Source: Aeropyrum pernix K1
GTDB lineage: Archaea; Thermoproteota; Thermoprotei_A; Sulfolobales; Acidilobaceae
Assembly (NCBI RefSeq): GCF_000011125.1
Contig: NC_000854.2
Coordinates: forward strand, 810,001-842,000
Direction of reading: 5' to 3'
Length of the DNA stretch: 32,000 nucleotides
Part shown: positions 31,037 to 32,000 of the stretch, in pieces
Layout of the letters: each line of letters starts with the position of its first letter
Numbering within the stretch: position 1 is the stretch's first letter
Position numbers and translations under genes: made by a program
Notes under the pieces: model-generated
Told to the model about the DNA's origin: nothing
The model's database searches: none
What the model saw: only the letters and a program-made list of their open reading frames with translations

Positions 31037-32000
31037 ATGCCTCGGGTTAGAGTCGGGGTCGACGTCGGGGGAACCTTTACCGATATAGTGGTGTTTGATG
31101 GGGGCCTCCGGGTTCTCAAGGTTCTCACTACTCCCAAGAGGCCTGTGGAGGGTGTTATGAATGGGCTGTCTAGGGCTCTCGGAACCCTGGAGGGTGTGGA
31201 GGTCCTTGTGCACGCCACCACTATAGGGACAAACTTGTTCCTCGGACAGGTAGGGCTCCAGGCCCCTAGGATCGCACTTTTTGTCAACGAGGGGTTCAGG
31301 GACATTGTGGAGATCGGAAGGCAGAACAGGCCAAGCCTATACAACCCACTGTACCGGAGGCCGAAGCCCCTTGTACCGAGGGATCTGAGGATAGGTGTGA
31401 GGGGTAGGATAGGGCCGGATGGGGTTGAGATAGAGAGGCTCGACGTTGATGCTGTTAGAGAGTGGGCAGCCCGCCTCTGCAGGGAGGGGGTGAGGGTCTA
31501 TGCAGTCTCATTCCTCCACAGCCACCGCAACCCCCTGCACGAGAAGATGGCCGCCCAGGCGGTGGGGGAGGCGTGTCCAGGCGCCTACGTAGTCACGGGG
31601 CACGAGGTGGACCCCCAGCCGATGGAGTATGAGAGGACGAGCACCACAGTCGTCAACGCAGTCCTCAAGCCAATCCTCTCCACCTATCTCCAGGAGCTCC
31701 ACAGGCAGCTCCGGGACAGGGGGTTCAAGGGGGTCTTGCTCGTGATGCAGAGCAACGGGGGGGTGGCCGGTGTTGAAGAGGCTGTTGGGAGGCCCGCCGC
31801 ATTCATCGAGAGCGGGCCCAGCGCGGGAGCCGTTGCCGTGGCCTACTTCTCACGGCTCCAGAGGGTGGATCGGGCTCTCGGCTTCGACATGGGGGGTACG
31901 ACCGCCAAGGCCTCCAGCATAATAGACGGGGAGCCGGAGGTGGTCGACACCTACGAGGTGGGGGGAAGGGTGCACATGGGGAGGCTTATCAGGGGGAGCG
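31037..32000 (+). CDS. hyuA: Hydantoinase/5-oxoprolinase A-type subunit (HyuA family), 5' part; continues beyond the window
   Basis: My own translation from ATG 31037 is MPRVRVGVDVGGTFTDIVVFDGG...VHATTIGTNLFLGQVG...NEGFRDIVEIGRQNRPSLY...YAVSFLHSHRNPLHE...EYERTSTTVVNAVLKP...VMQSNGG...IESGPSAGAV...GFDMGGTTAKASSI. The frame is open to position 32000. It is absent from the track because it is open-ended. Confidence 0.9.
   Translation, partial: MPRVRVGVDVGGTFTDIVVFDGGLRVLKVLTTPKRPVEGVMNGLSRALGTLEGVEVLVHATTIGTNLFLGQVGLQAPRIALFVNEGFRDIVEIGRQNRPSLYNPLYRRPKPLVPRDLRIGVRGRIGPDGVEIERLDVDAVREWAARLCREGVRVYAVSFLHSHRNPLHEKMAAQAVGEACPGAYVVTGHEVDPQPMEYERTSTTVVNAVLKPILSTYLQELHRQLRDRGFKGVLLVMQSNGGVAGVEEAVGRPAAFIESGPSAGAVAVAYFSRLQRVDRALGFDMGGTTAKASSIIDGEPEVVDTYEVGGRVHMGRLIRGS

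Noticed and set aside
30995-31344. Two minus-strand ORFs (72 and 111 aa) opposite the start of hyuA
   Set aside because: The plus-strand frame encodes an unmistakable hydantoinase/oxoprolinase A N-terminus (VGVDVGGTFTD...). The antisense products have no features.
1-32000. Search for CRISPR arrays, integrases, transposases, IS ends, prophage or toxin-antitoxin pairs
   Set aside because: I saw no regularly spaced 25-40-bp repeats, no recombinase or transposase motifs, and no compositional island apart from short AT-rich promoters. The window looks like core chromosome rather than a mobile or accessory element.

Overview
This window looks like GC-rich, densely coding chromosomal DNA from a hyperthermophilic crenarchaeon. 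AGG and ATA codons are frequent, many starts are GTG or TTG, and the intergenic islands are AT-rich with TATA boxes. The proteins resemble Desulfurococcales (Aeropyrum/Pyrolobus-like), but that is my recollection and cannot be verified here. I support about 31 CDS and saw no rRNA, tRNA, CRISPR array, integrase or transposase. The blocks, in order: (1) A riboflavin-pathway reductase, a small wHTH-like ORF, a SAMHD1-like HD-domain phosphohydrolase, an unknown 166-aa ORF, and an HDAC-fold protein with substituted active-site residues. (2) An acidic surface-anchored protein, divergent from a Tat-exported respiratory nitrate reductase operon. That operon is narG, narH, an EB_dh/NarM-like haem-b subunit, a His/Cys-free polytopic membrane protein, and narJ. 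It has no narI or narK and sits behind a 344-bp repeat-laden AT-rich control region. (3) A Liv-type ABC importer operon with an acyl-CoA synthetase embedded between livG and livH, plus a divergently transcribed second adenylate-forming enzyme whose core motifs are degenerate. (4) A translationally coupled six-gene operon: DUF4129-like, DUF4350-like, MoxR AAA+, DUF58, and two membrane proteins. (5) A DNA-transaction cluster: a 56-aa lysine-rich protein missing from the ORF track, a crenarchaeal OB-fold SSB, a Pat-type GNAT and a radical-SAM protein. (6) The 5' part of a hydantoinase/oxoprolinase A gene. The best candidates for undescribed biology are the non-NarI membrane module of the nitrate reductase, the MoxR/DUF58 operon, and the transporter-coupled acyl-CoA synthetase pair. 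All family assignments come from motif recognition by eye; no searches were run.
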